A stretch of 64,000 nt of DNA, from the IMG/VR virus record IMGVR_UViG_2925908680_000001. One strand, 5' to 3'. Below the pieces are notes generated by a model. That model was not told where the DNA came from. It saw nothing but the letters and a program-made list of their open reading frames with translations, and ran no database searches. This document shows, in pieces, positions 18,342 through 27,870 of this stretch (the stretch's first letter is position 1; the number at the start of each line of letters is the position of its first letter). The stretch comes from a virus (taxonomy: Duplodnaviria; Heunggongvirae; Uroviricota; Caudoviricetes). The position numbers were made by a program, and so were the translations under genes.

Positions 18342-19053
18342 TCCATCGCTTTACTTCTTCACGAATTACGTCAATGCATTCTTTCGAATCCATTAGGTAA
18401 TCTTCATCAAAAAGACGTTCCTGTTCGTTTTCTATCGCAACAATGATTGCTTCAACTAACTTTTGTGCCTGAGAATCACTTTCTAACTCTGCTATGCGCT
18501 TCTCTGCGGCTTCCAGCTTCTCGCGCATATCGTCAACGTACTCGACCAGAGATCCGCCAGCAGGAATTTCGCACTCCTCGACCAGTTGGAAGTAGATATC
18601 AGCTGCGGCCCGTGTGTTGCTATGCCTTGCGTCGCCCATCTCACCTTCACGAAGAGCATCGCGTTCGGCGGTAAGATTGGCTATTTTGCTGTCTTTGCCT
18701 TCCAGCTCAACGCGCAGCCTCCCAACCGTTAGCGCAATTTCCTCGTTCTCCTGGTCGCGGCGTTTGATGTATTGCTGTTTTCTTTCCAGCTCATCCAGCA
18801 GCGCCAAGACGGTAGCCGGATTGGCTGCGGCGATGAATTCAGCATTGGCCTGCTGTTCCATTTGGAAATCTTCATCGAAACCGCTTTCTGGATGCGCTCC
18901 TTCAATTCTGCAAATTGGAAGATATCCAACAACCTCACGATGAATTAGCGCATCATCACCATCAAATCGGCCATTTCCATATTCGAGCGACCACACACCA
19001 CACGTTGCTTTCTCTGCCTTTTCACGCAGTGCCTGATAGTCAATCTTGTTCAC
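18301..19053 (-). CDS. Ea22-like coiled-coil protein
   Basis: N-terminus MNKIDYQALREKAEKAT... shared with neighbouring paralogs. Confidence 0.5.
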   Translation of the reverse strand: MNKIDYQALREKAEKATCGVWSLEYGNGRFDGDDALIHREVVGYLPICRIEGAHPESGFDEDFQMEQQANAEFIAAANPATVLALLDELERKQQYIKRRDQENEEIALTVGRLRVELEGKDSKIANLTAERDALREGEMGDARHSNTRAAADIYFQLVEECEIPAGGSLVEYVDDMREKLEAAEKRIAELESDSQAQKLVEAIIVAIENEQERLFDEDYLMDSKECIDVIREEVKRWNDSRTAGIRIKGE

Positions 19054-19643
19054 TGGTTGCCTCCTTTGCGAAGCTGGGCGGCGAACTCGTTAAGTGATAT
19101 GTAGCAATCTCCAAATGTTAACGAACCGCTCGACCGCATATGCTCCATAGCCATCTCCACGCCCTGCGCCCGTACTTCAGCCAGGAAAGCGTCGGTAGCT
19201 GGCGTTTCGCTGTGGTGCAGGGCATCATTAATAATCATCGCAGCAACTCCGGCCTGCCCTGCATCCGTGACCGACACATGCTCAAGAGTTACGGCCATTG
19301 CGTGTTTCAGCCCAGCGTTCTCTGCCACCAGCGCAGCGAGATTAGTCTCAAGCTCTGAAATTCGGCACGTGGCATCAATATTTGTGTCCTCCAAGCACTT
19401 AATTTCACCAAGCAGCTCCAGTGCAACCTTTGGGTTGAACGCGGCAACATGACGAGCGTTGTTCTCTGCATTTTTCTGTCCATCAAAGCCGGTCCATTTG
19501 ATAACGTCTTCACATCGTTCATCACCGGGCGTGCGCACCGCATAAGTACCAGTATCCGTCGAAATAAATGCGACCCATTCGTCTGGTGTTGCCTTTTCTG
19601 CCGCCTCACGCAGTACCTGATAGTCAATTGTCATTCTCGCCAT
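19050..19643 (-). CDS. Ea22-like protein
   Basis: N-terminus MARMTIDYQVLREAAEKAT; C-terminal [16 protein letters not shown] module shared with ORF 23095-23706. Confidence 0.5.
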   Translation of the reverse strand: MARMTIDYQVLREAAEKATPDEWVAFISTDTGTYAVRTPGDERCEDVIKWTGFDGQKNAENNARHVAAFNPKVALELLGEIKCLEDTNIDATCRISELETNLAALVAENAGLKHAMAVTLEHVSVTDAGQAGVAAMIINDALHHSETPATDAFLAEVRAQGVEMAMEHMRSSGSLTFGDCYISLNEFAAQLRKGGNQ

Positions 19644-20275
19644 CCTTCACAGTTGTAATCACTACAGCCTTCAAAATCATATGGGCTGTACTGCCAGGTG
19701 ATTTTTCCGCAATGCGGACAATTCCAGCGCACCTTCCCGCTTCGTGACTTCTTTCTTCTGTTTTGCTTTTTCAACCAGTCAGGCATGATCAAACCTGCGC
19801 CCTGAACCATTGTTCTGCGGTTAAAATTATTGATATTGAACGTCCGCCGCTTTGCTGCATCGGCAATGGAAAATGGCAACCAAACTATTCCTGGTTCGTT
19901 TTTGTTGGCGACGCTAAAGATGGTTGCTTTACTGAAGTCATCGGTTGGCAATCCACCGTGTTGAAGCCAGTAAACATCGTTGCCATTCCAGCAACCTTTT
20001 TTGTAGGCCACATACGCAGTGCAATCTGACTCAATCAGGCTTTCTGTAGGGATGTACTGGCAATCAACGTGCCACACTGCCATTGCATCCACGCTATCAG
20101 CGCAAACAGGCTGATCGATATCTCGACCACAATTCCAGGCTTTTTGGGCTTCTTCCAGCGTGTAAACATGAGCGCGATCGATATCAGAGCTGTAACCATT
20201 GCCGTTATGGCAATGGAATGAGGCGTTATTACCCACAGTTTCACGCAAGCACATCATGTAAAAGCGGTTATTCAC
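19631..20275 (-). CDS. Cysteine-rich hypothetical protein
   Basis: ORF track; CxxC pairs including C-terminal NCPHCGK...GCSDYNCEGW. Confidence 0.45.
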   Translation of the reverse strand: MNNRFYMMCLRETVGNNASFHCHNGNGYSSDIDRAHVYTLEEAQKAWNCGRDIDQPVCADSVDAMAVWHVDCQYIPTESLIESDCTAYVAYKKGCWNGNDVYWLQHGGLPTDDFSKATIFSVANKNEPGIVWLPFSIADAAKRRTFNINNFNRRTMVQGAGLIMPDWLKKQNRRKKSRSGKVRWNCPHCGKITWQYSPYDFEGCSDYNCEGWRE

Positions 20276-20561
20276 TGGTTGCCTCCGCTTCCCACGTTTT
20301 CAGACTTTCACCACAGAACGGGCAAAATGAAACTCGAATCGGCGATTTAGAAAATTCACCAGACCGCAGCATGATCAGGTCCTGTGAATGAATTAATTCA
20401 TGGTTATAGATTTTGTATTTCAGCAGACCTTTCCGCGTCGTGTATTCAGCATCCTGCTCCAGGGATTGTGCCAACGCCGCGCACGGTTCTATTTTTTTGT
20501 CATTAATCAAACAAGTGGAGATTCTGCACTTTGCAGCTCCGTCACCATTACCTTGACTCAT
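20268..20561 (-). CDS. Small zinc-ribbon-like protein
   Basis: CxxC...CPFCG pattern. Confidence 0.4.
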   Translation of the reverse strand: MSQGNGDGAAKCRISTCLINDKKIEPCAALAQSLEQDAEYTTRKGLLKYKIYNHELIHSQDLIMLRSGEFSKSPIRVSFCPFCGESLKTWEAEATSE

Positions 20562-20574
20562 TGCATTGTTCCCA

Positions 20575-21570
20575 TCAGTTATTGAACGTGATCACTCCGC
20601 GCTCGATGGCGAAGTCGAAAAGCTGGTTGGCGGCTACGTAAAGGCGTATGCCATGTGCTTTTTCCCATGCCCGGACATCGTTTTCTGCGCTTCTGGCGCA
20701 TTCATCGCAAAGAGGAACGGCCCAGCGATCGTGTTCGTTTAACGAGCGGGCGCGGTACATGAACGGGTGGTTAACTTTGCCACCGCATCCGATGCACGGA
20801 CGAGAAACCACAAACCGGAGATAAGCCGGGCTTTTACCGAGGACCGCTTTTGGTCGGCGCATATACAGCAGGCCAGAATCCTCATCTACAGACAGGTTGA
20901 CGATCTGCTCTGCGGTTATGTCCACCAGCTCGCGCGTACTGCGCTCCCAGGTGATATCTGATTCTTTCAGCGTACCGGTAGGGATGTCAGTTTTTGGCTG
21001 ACAAAATGCAATGCGACCAGCTTCATCAGGCAGTTCGTCTTTAAGATTCCGGCGAATGGCCCAAAAGGTGAGTTCAACCATGCTCAGATCGCGATCTGGC
21101 GGAAGTTTTAACTCGCTGGCAGCCCAGTTCATAATCCAGTTGGCGCGATTCAGTGACAGTTGGTCTTCCAGCTTGCCGTATCCCTTCATCATGTATTCCG
21201 CATCATGCTTCCAGCACAGGCGAACGGCAGAACCGTTATAGAAGTGAGTGGTTAGCTGGTGGCTACAATCGCGCTTATCATGCGCCTGGCAATCGTGAAT
21301 GTTGGTGCTAACCCAGTGAACGATAGAATCCTCGCCACCTAACGCATTAAATACGCGCTCACTTTGAAAAAAGGGTGTCAGTGACTGGTTGGCAACCAGG
21401 GAATAATTCAGGTCCACGACGCCATCAGGGGTGTTTTCAGCCTGTTCGCGCGGCAATGGGGAGATAAGAAAACGGCGACCGGCGCCGATGTAATTGCTGG
21501 TGGGCTTATCTACAGGAAAGACAGCCACACCAGTTTCATTTACGACATATGGGGTGATTATTGCACTCAT
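20575..21570 (-). CDS. Hypothetical protein with C-terminal zinc-binding/HNH-like region
   Basis: C-terminal CIGCGG...H...CDEC pattern. Confidence 0.5.
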   Translation of the reverse strand: MSAIITPYVVNETGVAVFPVDKPTSNYIGAGRRFLISPLPREQAENTPDGVVDLNYSLVANQSLTPFFQSERVFNALGGEDSIVHWVSTNIHDCQAHDKRDCSHQLTTHFYNGSAVRLCWKHDAEYMMKGYGKLEDQLSLNRANWIMNWAASELKLPPDRDLSMVELTFWAIRRNLKDELPDEAGRIAFCQPKTDIPTGTLKESDITWERSTRELVDITAEQIVNLSVDEDSGLLYMRRPKAVLGKSPAYLRFVVSRPCIGCGGKVNHPFMYRARSLNEHDRWAVPLCDECARSAENDVRAWEKAHGIRLYVAANQLFDFAIERGVITFNN

Positions 21571-21610
21571 AATGCATACCGACTCTGTTTTGTTCCGAGC
21601 GGTAAAATAA

Positions 21611-21656
21611 TATGTTAGAAAATTAAAATCAACAATCTAACACGATTTTGAGCGCG
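21611..21656. promoter_or_regulatory. Pair of operator-like motifs (tatgttagaaaatt and aatctaacacg)
   Basis: Recurring TTTCTAACA motif in both orientations upstream of reverse-strand ORF 20575-21570. Confidence 0.4.
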
Positions 21657-21674
21657 TAAACGATGTAACCCGGC

Positions 21675-22358
21675 TTACGGTTGCCCTCCCTTCACCTGCA
21701 TTAGCGTCAGGTTTCCGCAAAATACAGCACCAGTATCGATATAATGCTGGTTCCAGAATGCTTTTGGGCTTTTAGCCGGGGTGTGTCCGAAGATAAAGCG
21801 ATCTGCACCTGTAATTTCTTCACCGATGCCATCTATCGAATCACTAACACGGTCGCGCGACCAGATGACATTGAAAAGCGGCACAGCCTTACCGAACTGA
21901 TACTCTCTATCCGGATAGTCAGCATGAGCAATGACAATAGTCTCCTGCCCGGTGTTCAGCTCAATGATATGAGGCAATTGCCTTACCAGCTCCACCAGCG
22001 CCCTGGCTAAAACTTCCTTATCACTATCCAGCATAAAGAACCACTGGCCGCCATTCATTAGCCAGTTATTCACGTTTCCAGCTGGGCTTAACGCATCGAT
22101 CATCAACCGCTCATGGTTACCCATGACAGCCCGGAACCAGGGCATCTGCAATAACTCCAGGCATTCGACATTTTCAGTACCGCGATCGATAAGGTCGCCG
22201 ACTGATATCAGTAAATCCTGCGCCGGGTCAAAATCCACACGATGGAGTTCATTCATAAGCAGGGTGTAGCAACCGTGCAAATCACCAACAACCCATATGT
22301 TTCTGTATCCTGAACCATCAATACGGCTATATAACGCCTGGTCGTTAACGGTGATCAT
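21675..22358 (-). CDS. Ser/Thr protein phosphatase (lambda PPase-like metallophosphoesterase)
   Basis: Motifs GDLHG, GDLIDRG and GNHE in the translation. Confidence 0.85.
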   Translation of the reverse strand: MITVNDQALYSRIDGSGYRNIWVVGDLHGCYTLLMNELHRVDFDPAQDLLISVGDLIDRGTENVECLELLQMPWFRAVMGNHERLMIDALSPAGNVNNWLMNGGQWFFMLDSDKEVLARALVELVRQLPHIIELNTGQETIVIAHADYPDREYQFGKAVPLFNVIWSRDRVSDSIDGIGEEITGADRFIFGHTPAKSPKAFWNQHYIDTGAVFCGNLTLMQVKGGQP

Positions 22359-22582
22359 TCTGCAACATCCTCCAAATCAGCAACCGCGTCCATCACATCA
22401 GAACCTCGAATAACTTCAAAAGCGCGGCAGGCCATTTGAAATACCTGTTGTTCTTGCGGGTGCGGAGACTCCCAATATTTGAAGCCTGGGCGATGCGTGT
22501 ACCCCATCATGGAATAAAAATCGCCAGCAAGTTCAATCGCGGCATCAACAAGTTCGCGATTAGTCATTCGCTTTGCTGCCAT
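22355..22582 (-). CDS. Hypothetical protein
   Basis: ORF track; overlapping-stop coupling. Confidence 0.4.
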   Translation of the reverse strand: MAAKRMTNRELVDAAIELAGDFYSMMGYTHRPGFKYWESPHPQEQQVFQMACRAFEVIRGSDVMDAVADLEDVAE

Positions 22583-22853
22583 TTGCTTTCTCCTGTCGGA
22601 ACATCACGATCATCAGGTCACCTTTTGTCGCTATCCTGGCTGTTGTGCCAGGCTCAATGCGGCTAAGTTCAAATGCGTCATAGAACGCCTCTAACGCTTT
22701 CTGGCGTATCTCCTGTTTGCGGCGCTTTCCCCACTGCTTTAGAAAAACAGAGGCCGCCCACTTCCCCGCACTGAACATGATGTAAAACCAACCGAGCAGG
22801 GCCAAACCTGTGTTGAGGGCCGTATCGATCGTTATCGTGGTGTCGATATTCAC
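22560..22853 (-). CDS. Hypothetical small membrane protein
   Basis: N-terminal hydrophobic segment LALLGWFYIMFSAGKWAASVF. Confidence 0.4.
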   Translation of the reverse strand: MNIDTTITIDTALNTGLALLGWFYIMFSAGKWAASVFLKQWGKRRKQEIRQKALEAFYDAFELSRIEPGTTARIATKGDLMIVMFRQEKANGSKAND

Positions 22854-23098
22854 TGTGGTGGCTCCTGCTTTTCTGCCTTCAATACCATGCGCGAACCATC
22901 ATCCAGCTCCCAATTAATTTCACCGCCTTCTTCCATGACCAGATGCCAGACGAGTTGAGCGGCCTCGTTGGTTACATCACGACCGCGATCATTGCCAACA
23001 CGACGTTTTGTTCCATCCCCTAAGTCACGCATTTTTGCCAACACGATGGTTTTTGATAGCGGTGAAAAACCAAGCTGTAGTCGTGCTGAATTGCTCAC
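22850..23098 (-). CDS. Hypothetical protein
   Basis: ORF track. Confidence 0.4.
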   Translation of the reverse strand: MSNSARLQLGFSPLSKTIVLAKMRDLGDGTKRRVGNDRGRDVTNEAAQLVWHLVMEEGGEINWELDDGSRMVLKAEKQEPPQ

Positions 23099-23706
23099 TG
23101 TTTCCCTCCCTTGCGAAGCTCTGCGGCAAAGTCAGTGGCATGTTCACCGAGTAGCTTCCAGTTATCGCGTATATCAGATGCAAATGACTGTTCAGATTTT
23201 GAGTTACATTTCTGTGCAAACATCTCCAATCCCTGCGCCCGGACTTCAGCCAGGAAAGCGTCGGTGGTTGGAGTCCCTTCAACCTTCAGCCCTATAGGGG
23301 CCAGGTAATACTTCAGCCCCGCATTCTCCGCCGCCAGCGACGCGCAATTACCCTCCAGCTCTGCAATGCGCTGTTTTGCAGCATCAAGTTCAATCGATAA
23401 TTTTTCCAACTGCTCTTTATGCTTCTTGTATTCCTGATATGCGTGCCAGGACTGACCTTTGCGCACACTATCAGTAATATCAGTAATCTGTTCTGGTGTT
23501 AGCGTGGTTAGTGGCTGTGCTGGGAAAATCAGCACTTTCCCGGAATCCCAATCAAAACCAGCGTGAATTGACTGAACCTCAACTGAGGGTGTTGAACCAA
23601 TGCTGCCAGGCGAATGAACAACGATCGTTACATCCATATCGCGACGATGGCTGTGGTTGTTGGACAAAATACGATTCACCAACTCAGAAAATTTGGAAAA
23701 TTTCAT
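23095..23706 (-). CDS. Ea22-like protein
   Basis: Start chosen at MKFSKF; coiled coil; C-terminal module shared with ORF 19050-19643. Confidence 0.5.
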   Translation of the reverse strand: MKFSKFSELVNRILSNNHSHRRDMDVTIVVHSPGSIGSTPSVEVQSIHAGFDWDSGKVLIFPAQPLTTLTPEQITDITDSVRKGQSWHAYQEYKKHKEQLEKLSIELDAAKQRIAELEGNCASLAAENAGLKYYLAPIGLKVEGTPTTDAFLAEVRAQGLEMFAQKCNSKSEQSFASDIRDNWKLLGEHATDFAAELRKGGKQ

Positions 23707-24065
23707 GCTGATTCCCTTTGCTCTTCCTGGATAATATTGTTGCAATCTTTCACGCACTCGTTGCAGATGAAAACGTTGTCCCCGGCAATTAACTTTTTAA
23801 CGGTGTGCTGGGATTTGTTGCAGAAGCTGCAATAAAGCGTTGGACTGGCTGATACGGATTGTGCGCCAGATGTCAGCCGCGCGATGTCGTTCTTGCGACG
23901 CAATATCACACGGCTGCACTCGACCAGCATCTCCGGGGATATCTTCTCCTCCGTAGCGAGCGTTTCTAATCGTTCGAGTATGTGGAAGGCTTTTTCCTGG
24001 GTAATCCTGGGTAATTCAGCGTTACGCTCTGCCAGTTGTGCGGGCGTTAAACCTTCAGACTTCAT
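23703..24065 (-). CDS. Small protein with C-terminal ClpX-type C4 zinc-binding domain
   Basis: [34 protein letters not shown] closely parallels the ClpX N-terminal zinc-binding domain [34 protein letters not shown]. Confidence 0.6.
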   Translation of the reverse strand: MKSEGLTPAQLAERNAELPRITQEKAFHILERLETLATEEKISPEMLVECSRVILRRKNDIARLTSGAQSVSASPTLYCSFCNKSQHTVKKLIAGDNVFICNECVKDCNNIIQEEQRESA

Positions 24066-24372
24066 ACACTCTCCTTTCGAAATAAACGTACTGATTAATC
24101 ATGCCCAGGGGCATTTCGAGTTTTTCCGCGATCTCACGGCGGGGAACACCACACTGATGAAGCTGCCGTGCCAGTTCTATATCGCTCTGCCGGTATTTGG
24201 CTGACGGATGAAAGTCTCCTTTCAGAATCATGCTGATCCCCAGCTCCCGCGCTTTAGTCCTGACGGCATCACCGGTACGACCGATCAGCTTCCCAATACT
24301 CTCTACCGTCATAGTTCCGGCGCACTGGCGGAGTATCATGATTTCTGCCCTTCCCCATCCCCGCCAGCTCAC
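24055..24372 (-). CDS. Putative DNA-binding regulator (two HTH-like segments)
   Basis: ORF track; helix-turn-helix-like stretches. Confidence 0.45.
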   Translation of the reverse strand: MSWRGWGRAEIMILRQCAGTMTVESIGKLIGRTGDAVRTKARELGISMILKGDFHPSAKYRQSDIELARQLHQCGVPRREIAEKLEMPLGMINQYVYFERRVYEV

Positions 24373-24989
24373 GCCGACATCCTCTGAGACATAAACTCCA
24401 CAAAACGAACTGCATCTTCAGAAACAACGCCGCATGACTTCAGATAATTCATTGCGTCATCAGGTAGCGGATTAGTTGGTTCGGCATTTGCCAGGGATTG
24501 AGATAAACGCGTGATTAATTTGACCATTCTCCGCTGCCGGAGGTTGTATCCTTCAGCTAAAGACAGGTAACTGGAAAGGGTATTGCTTAAGCGGGCGCGA
24601 AGCTGATCCGTGCCGTGACATTCAATAGCAACATCACGTAACGCATCGACCAGTTCACGGTAAAGATGCGCTGCCATTCTGCAATCTGTGTCAGATGGTG
24701 CTTCATAAATTACCGTCAACCCCAGTTTTTCAGCCAGAGCGTGTTCTGCACGTGCTCCTGCGGACACATCCCATCCCTTAAGCAGATAGATCGCATCAGC
24801 AGAACGCACCATTGCCAGGCAAATATCCATGTATTCACTCTGACAAAGGCCACCAGGTAACACAGCTGGATTCAGAACGATATGCCCTTCAGCCATCAGC
24901 TCGCTCGCTTTCGCATTAAACGCCGCACGGTTGTAATCTGGATAACCAGTCATCGGCCCCGCGATGTAAATTTTCAAAACACGTTTCAC
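24369..24989 (-). CDS. DUF4406 (nucleoside 2-deoxyribosyltransferase-like) domain protein
   Basis: N-terminal KIYIAGPMTGYPDYN...VLNP pattern; start moved to the internal ATG with RBS gggga. Confidence 0.6.
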   Translation of the reverse strand: MKRVLKIYIAGPMTGYPDYNRAAFNAKASELMAEGHIVLNPAVLPGGLCQSEYMDICLAMVRSADAIYLLKGWDVSAGARAEHALAEKLGLTVIYEAPSDTDCRMAAHLYRELVDALRDVAIECHGTDQLRARLSNTLSSYLSLAEGYNLRQRRMVKLITRLSQSLANAEPTNPLPDDAMNYLKSCGVVSEDAVRFVEFMSQRMSA

Positions 24990-25147
24990 CATCAAAATTT
25001 CCCCAAAATCGTGACGCAAAACATAAGCACTGCGAAAAGCTCAATACCAAGCTCAAGTAGCGCCAACGCCCCGAAAAACAACACATAGAACAGGCCAATC
25101 TCATTCACAGATGGCTGGTGGATCGCACTTAAAGCTATAAGCATCAT
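24990..25147 (-). CDS. Small hydrophobic peptide (about 52 aa), first gene of the reverse-strand early operon
   Basis: Hand-translated MMLIALSAIHQPSVNEIGLFYVLFFGALALLELGIELFAVLMFCVTILGKF; strong RBS ggagga; stop overlaps downstream ATG. Confidence 0.35.
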
Positions 25148-25185
25148 GTCCTCCAAACAGTTATCAGGAATGATATTAATGTTTT

Positions 25186-25222
25186 GTGTTAGAAAATCAA
25201 TTTTGAATATCTAATCATTTTG
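25186..25222. promoter_or_regulatory. Operator-like motifs in the divergent promoter region between the early operon and ref
   Basis: tgtgttagaaaat (reverse orientation) and atatctaatcatt (forward). Confidence 0.4.
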
Positions 25223-25264
25223 ATCAATCATAGAAAAATCGCTGAAAAGTAAGAGGCAGCCATC

Positions 25265-25843
25265 ATGCAGAAACAGAGCTATTGGGAGAAACAGAGACAA
25301 AAAGCCATGCAAAAATTGGCTGACCCAGCCTGGCGAGAGGAACAAAGGGCAAAGCGCCTTCAACAAGCTCAACGCCAGCAGCAGCGAGCGAGAGAAAAAG
25401 CCGCATCGCCTGAATATCGGCAAAAGAAAATTGAAAAAGCAAAGCAATATGAACAGCGGAGAAAAGATAAAGCTGTATCCGCTCCGTCCAAAAAAACACG
25501 CACGTCACGCGGCCTGAAAGGCAGATCACTCACAGCCGATGAACGCCGGATACAGACCGCTATCGGTGCTCTCCCCTGCATTGCCTGCCATATTCACGGG
25601 CAACATAGCCCAGTGGTATCCCTGCACCATATCTTCGGGAGAACGGCAGAGAACGCACATAGATATGTCCTCCCTTTGTGTAAATGGCACCACCAGTACG
25701 CAGCGCCAGCCGAGGTCCGAGAACAATATCCCTGGCTGGTCCCTGTTCATGCTGACGGAAAAATAGGCGGAAAAGCAGATTTCATGCGGCACAATGCCGA
25801 TGAAATGACGTTGTATCAGATGGCGATTGAATTGATAAATTAG
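25265..25843 (+). CDS. ref: HNH-type endonuclease, Ref-like
   Basis: Basic low-complexity N-terminus then HNH-like core (CIACHIHG...HHIFGR...CKWHH). Confidence 0.6.
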   Translation: MQKQSYWEKQRQKAMQKLADPAWREEQRAKRLQQAQRQQQRAREKAASPEYRQKKIEKAKQYEQRRKDKAVSAPSKKTRTSRGLKGRSLTADERRIQTAIGALPCIACHIHGQHSPVVSLHHIFGRTAENAHRYVLPLCKWHHQYAAPAEVREQYPWLVPVHADGKIGGKADFMRHNADEMTLYQMAIELIN

Positions 25844-25857
25844 TTTTCTAACATTTT
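25842..25857 (+). promoter_or_regulatory. Operator-like motif agttttctaacatttt
   Basis: Recurring motif downstream of ref. Confidence 0.4.
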
Positions 25858-26174
25858 AAGTTGAATTGTAAATTTCTCCGATGTACATTCACTACCGATT
25901 GGCACACCGGTCAACTTTTTGAGACAAACTGTTTAGTTTTTCGTATTATTGCCGCCGCTATACCTATGGCGGTGCAATATAGGTGGCTGAAAAGCCCCCG
26001 TTGACTCACGGTGTTCCAGCCTTTATTGCGCCGCCACCAGACCGTGGAACAGTCGATGGCGGCTCCGAAAGCAAGGAGTCACCACACTATGAACAGCTAC
26101 TGTCTTTTCCCATCACTCGTTGTCCGCCACTCACGCGATAATCTGCATTCTTTACTCGCGCTGGGGGTGTCAAA

Positions 26175-26342
26175 ATGACCGTTCGCTACCTCAACTTTCA
26201 AATCCAGAACATCACTGGCGGTTGCTATGACTGGTTTGTCACTCTCGGAAAAGAAGTGATCACCGGGAAGCTGGATGAAGTGAAAGCTAAAGCAATGGCC
26301 TACGCCTGCAAGCAAGCCCGGAAGAAATCCGCCAAAGCATAA
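26175..26342 (+). CDS. Small hypothetical protein (55 aa)
   Basis: Hand-translated MTVRYLNFQIQNITGGCYDWFVTLGKEVITGKLDEVKAKAMAYACKQARKKSAKA; RBS ggggtg; coupled to a 29-codon upstream ORF (26089-26178). Confidence 0.3.
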   Translation: MTVRYLNFQIQNITGGCYDWFVTLGKEVITGKLDEVKAKAMAYACKQARKKSAKA

Positions 26343-26446
26343 AATACTGACTGTTGCGCCCTGGCATTATCGTGGGGTATATTTCTACGGCACCTTAGAA
26401 AAACGGGTGCCGGGATTGGAACCCCGGATAATGCAAAAGGCGACAC

Positions 26447-26470
26447 AGACGCCGAAAGCGTCTTTTTTTG
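26447..26470 (+). terminator. Rho-independent terminator
   Basis: gacgc-cgaaa-gcgtc followed by ttttttt. Confidence 0.65.
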
Positions 26471-26499
26471 TGTCATGCCATCGCACAGCCATACGTAGC

Positions 26500-26625
26500 G
26501 TTTAGCTCAGAGATCAATGGTAGTGCTGGCTGGGCTGCCGAAAGGCAGGCCGGTTCCCTTTTGCGCCGGTAGTTCCAACCCAGTCAGTGCTACCGCCATT
26601 GAGATTGGAACCTCACGCGGTAGCT
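26500..26625 (+). ncRNA. Putative c4-like antisense RNA / target region of immunity module 1
   Basis: Structured leader upstream of icd; ggttccaa segments complementary to ttggaacc near the icd RBS; by analogy to P1 immI. Confidence 0.3.
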
Positions 26626-26654
26626 CCTTAAATTAGCAAAAGGAGGCTGCCAAT

Positions 26655-26870
26655 ATGGCTACTATCCCTACCCCAACTCATTCTGAATTTATCTGGCGTT
26701 TCTATTCCTGCCAAAAACACCTGTATATCTGCGTCATGGCTGCTACCGAAGCAGAAGCTCGTTCATACCTTCCTGAAGAACCCTGCATTTTTGCCGCACG
26801 CTTCACTCTTGATGCGATGGAGATCCTAAATTACTGGAATCTGCCAATGAACTGCGTGGAGGTGCACTGA
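26655..26870 (+). CDS. icd: Icd-like host cell division inhibitor
   Basis: 71 aa; immediately precedes and is coupled to the antirepressor gene (TGATG overlap), as in P1 immI. Confidence 0.65.
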   Translation: MATIPTPTHSEFIWRFYSCQKHLYICVMAATEAEARSYLPEEPCIFAARFTLDAMEILNYWNLPMNCVEVH

Positions 26871-27811
26871 TGAATCTGTCCATCTCTCAAAAAGCGACAA
26901 TGACCAGTATTGAGATCGCGGAACTGGTAGGTAAGCGTCATGATAATGTGAAGCGTACCATTGAAGTATTAACTAAAGGTGGTGTCATTCAATTTCCTCA
27001 AATTGAGGAAATTGAAAATAAACAATCAGTTGGCCCTCGTCGATTTTCCAAGGCTTACATATTTGAAGGCGAACAAGGAAAACGAGACAGCATCATTGTC
27101 GTCGCGCAGCTCTCTCCGGAATTCACCGCCCGGCTGGTGGACCGCTGGCGCGAACTGGAGAATGCCCGGGTACAGTTAAAATCAAAAGCCGAAATTCTGG
27201 CTGAAATGGCGCAAATGCATCTTGAGCATGAACGCCGGATCAACGCCGTAAATGCCCAGGTAGCCGAGGTATCAGCACAAGTATCGATGGTCGCTGAAAC
27301 ACTCGAGCAAATCAAGAAAGGCAATATTCCGGAAGGCTACATTGGCTACCGCCAGCTGGCGGCGAAATGTGGCCTGACTGAAGCCAAATGTCGCAACCTG
27401 GTTAACGCTTTCCGGATTCCCACCGATACGCATGAGTTTTTAACTCCAGATGGTTTGCTTGCGCGACGCTCCATTGTGGCCCTGGTCCCCTTCCGGAAAG
27501 CCTTTAAGCAGGTGATGTCGGAGGCAGAACCACGCAATAAACGCTGGTATCATCCAAAGATGGGGATGTTTCAGGCAATCCACCATCCTGTGCCTGAAAG
27601 CCCAAAGGATAATCTGTCACTACATACCGTCAGAGAGAAGATCAGGACTGGATACGCAACAGTGTGTCGTCGTTCTTCCTGGCCTGAAGGTATATGGGTG
27701 TGGCCCGAAGGTGGATCACGAAAGCACTGGCGCACCATCCGTGACGGGAAAATCCATGCTATTGATTTAGCTCCAGAGGATGTTATTGCTATGGACTGGA
27801 TTGTTAGTTAA
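26870..27811 (+). CDS. ant: Antirepressor (Ant-like) with Rha-type N-terminal domain
   Basis: N-terminus MTSIEIAELVGKRHDNVKRTIE; 313 aa; paralog at 45623-46549. Confidence 0.7.
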   Translation: MNLSISQKATMTSIEIAELVGKRHDNVKRTIEVLTKGGVIQFPQIEEIENKQSVGPRRFSKAYIFEGEQGKRDSIIVVAQLSPEFTARLVDRWRELENARVQLKSKAEILAEMAQMHLEHERRINAVNAQVAEVSAQVSMVAETLEQIKKGNIPEGYIGYRQLAAKCGLTEAKCRNLVNAFRIPTDTHEFLTPDGLLARRSIVALVPFRKAFKQVMSEAEPRNKRWYHPKMGMFQAIHHPVPESPKDNLSLHTVREKIRTGYATVCRRSSWPEGIWVWPEGGSRKHWRTIRDGKIHAIDLAPEDVIAMDWIVS

Positions 27812-27828
27812 ATGCTGCATCCCCGGCG

Positions 27829-27849
27829 ACGCCGGGGATTTAACTGCCA
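27829..27849 (+). terminator. Hairpin terminator after ant
   Basis: atccccggc-gac-gccggggat. Confidence 0.5.
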
Positions 27850-27870
27850 AATAATCGGATTATCCGCACG

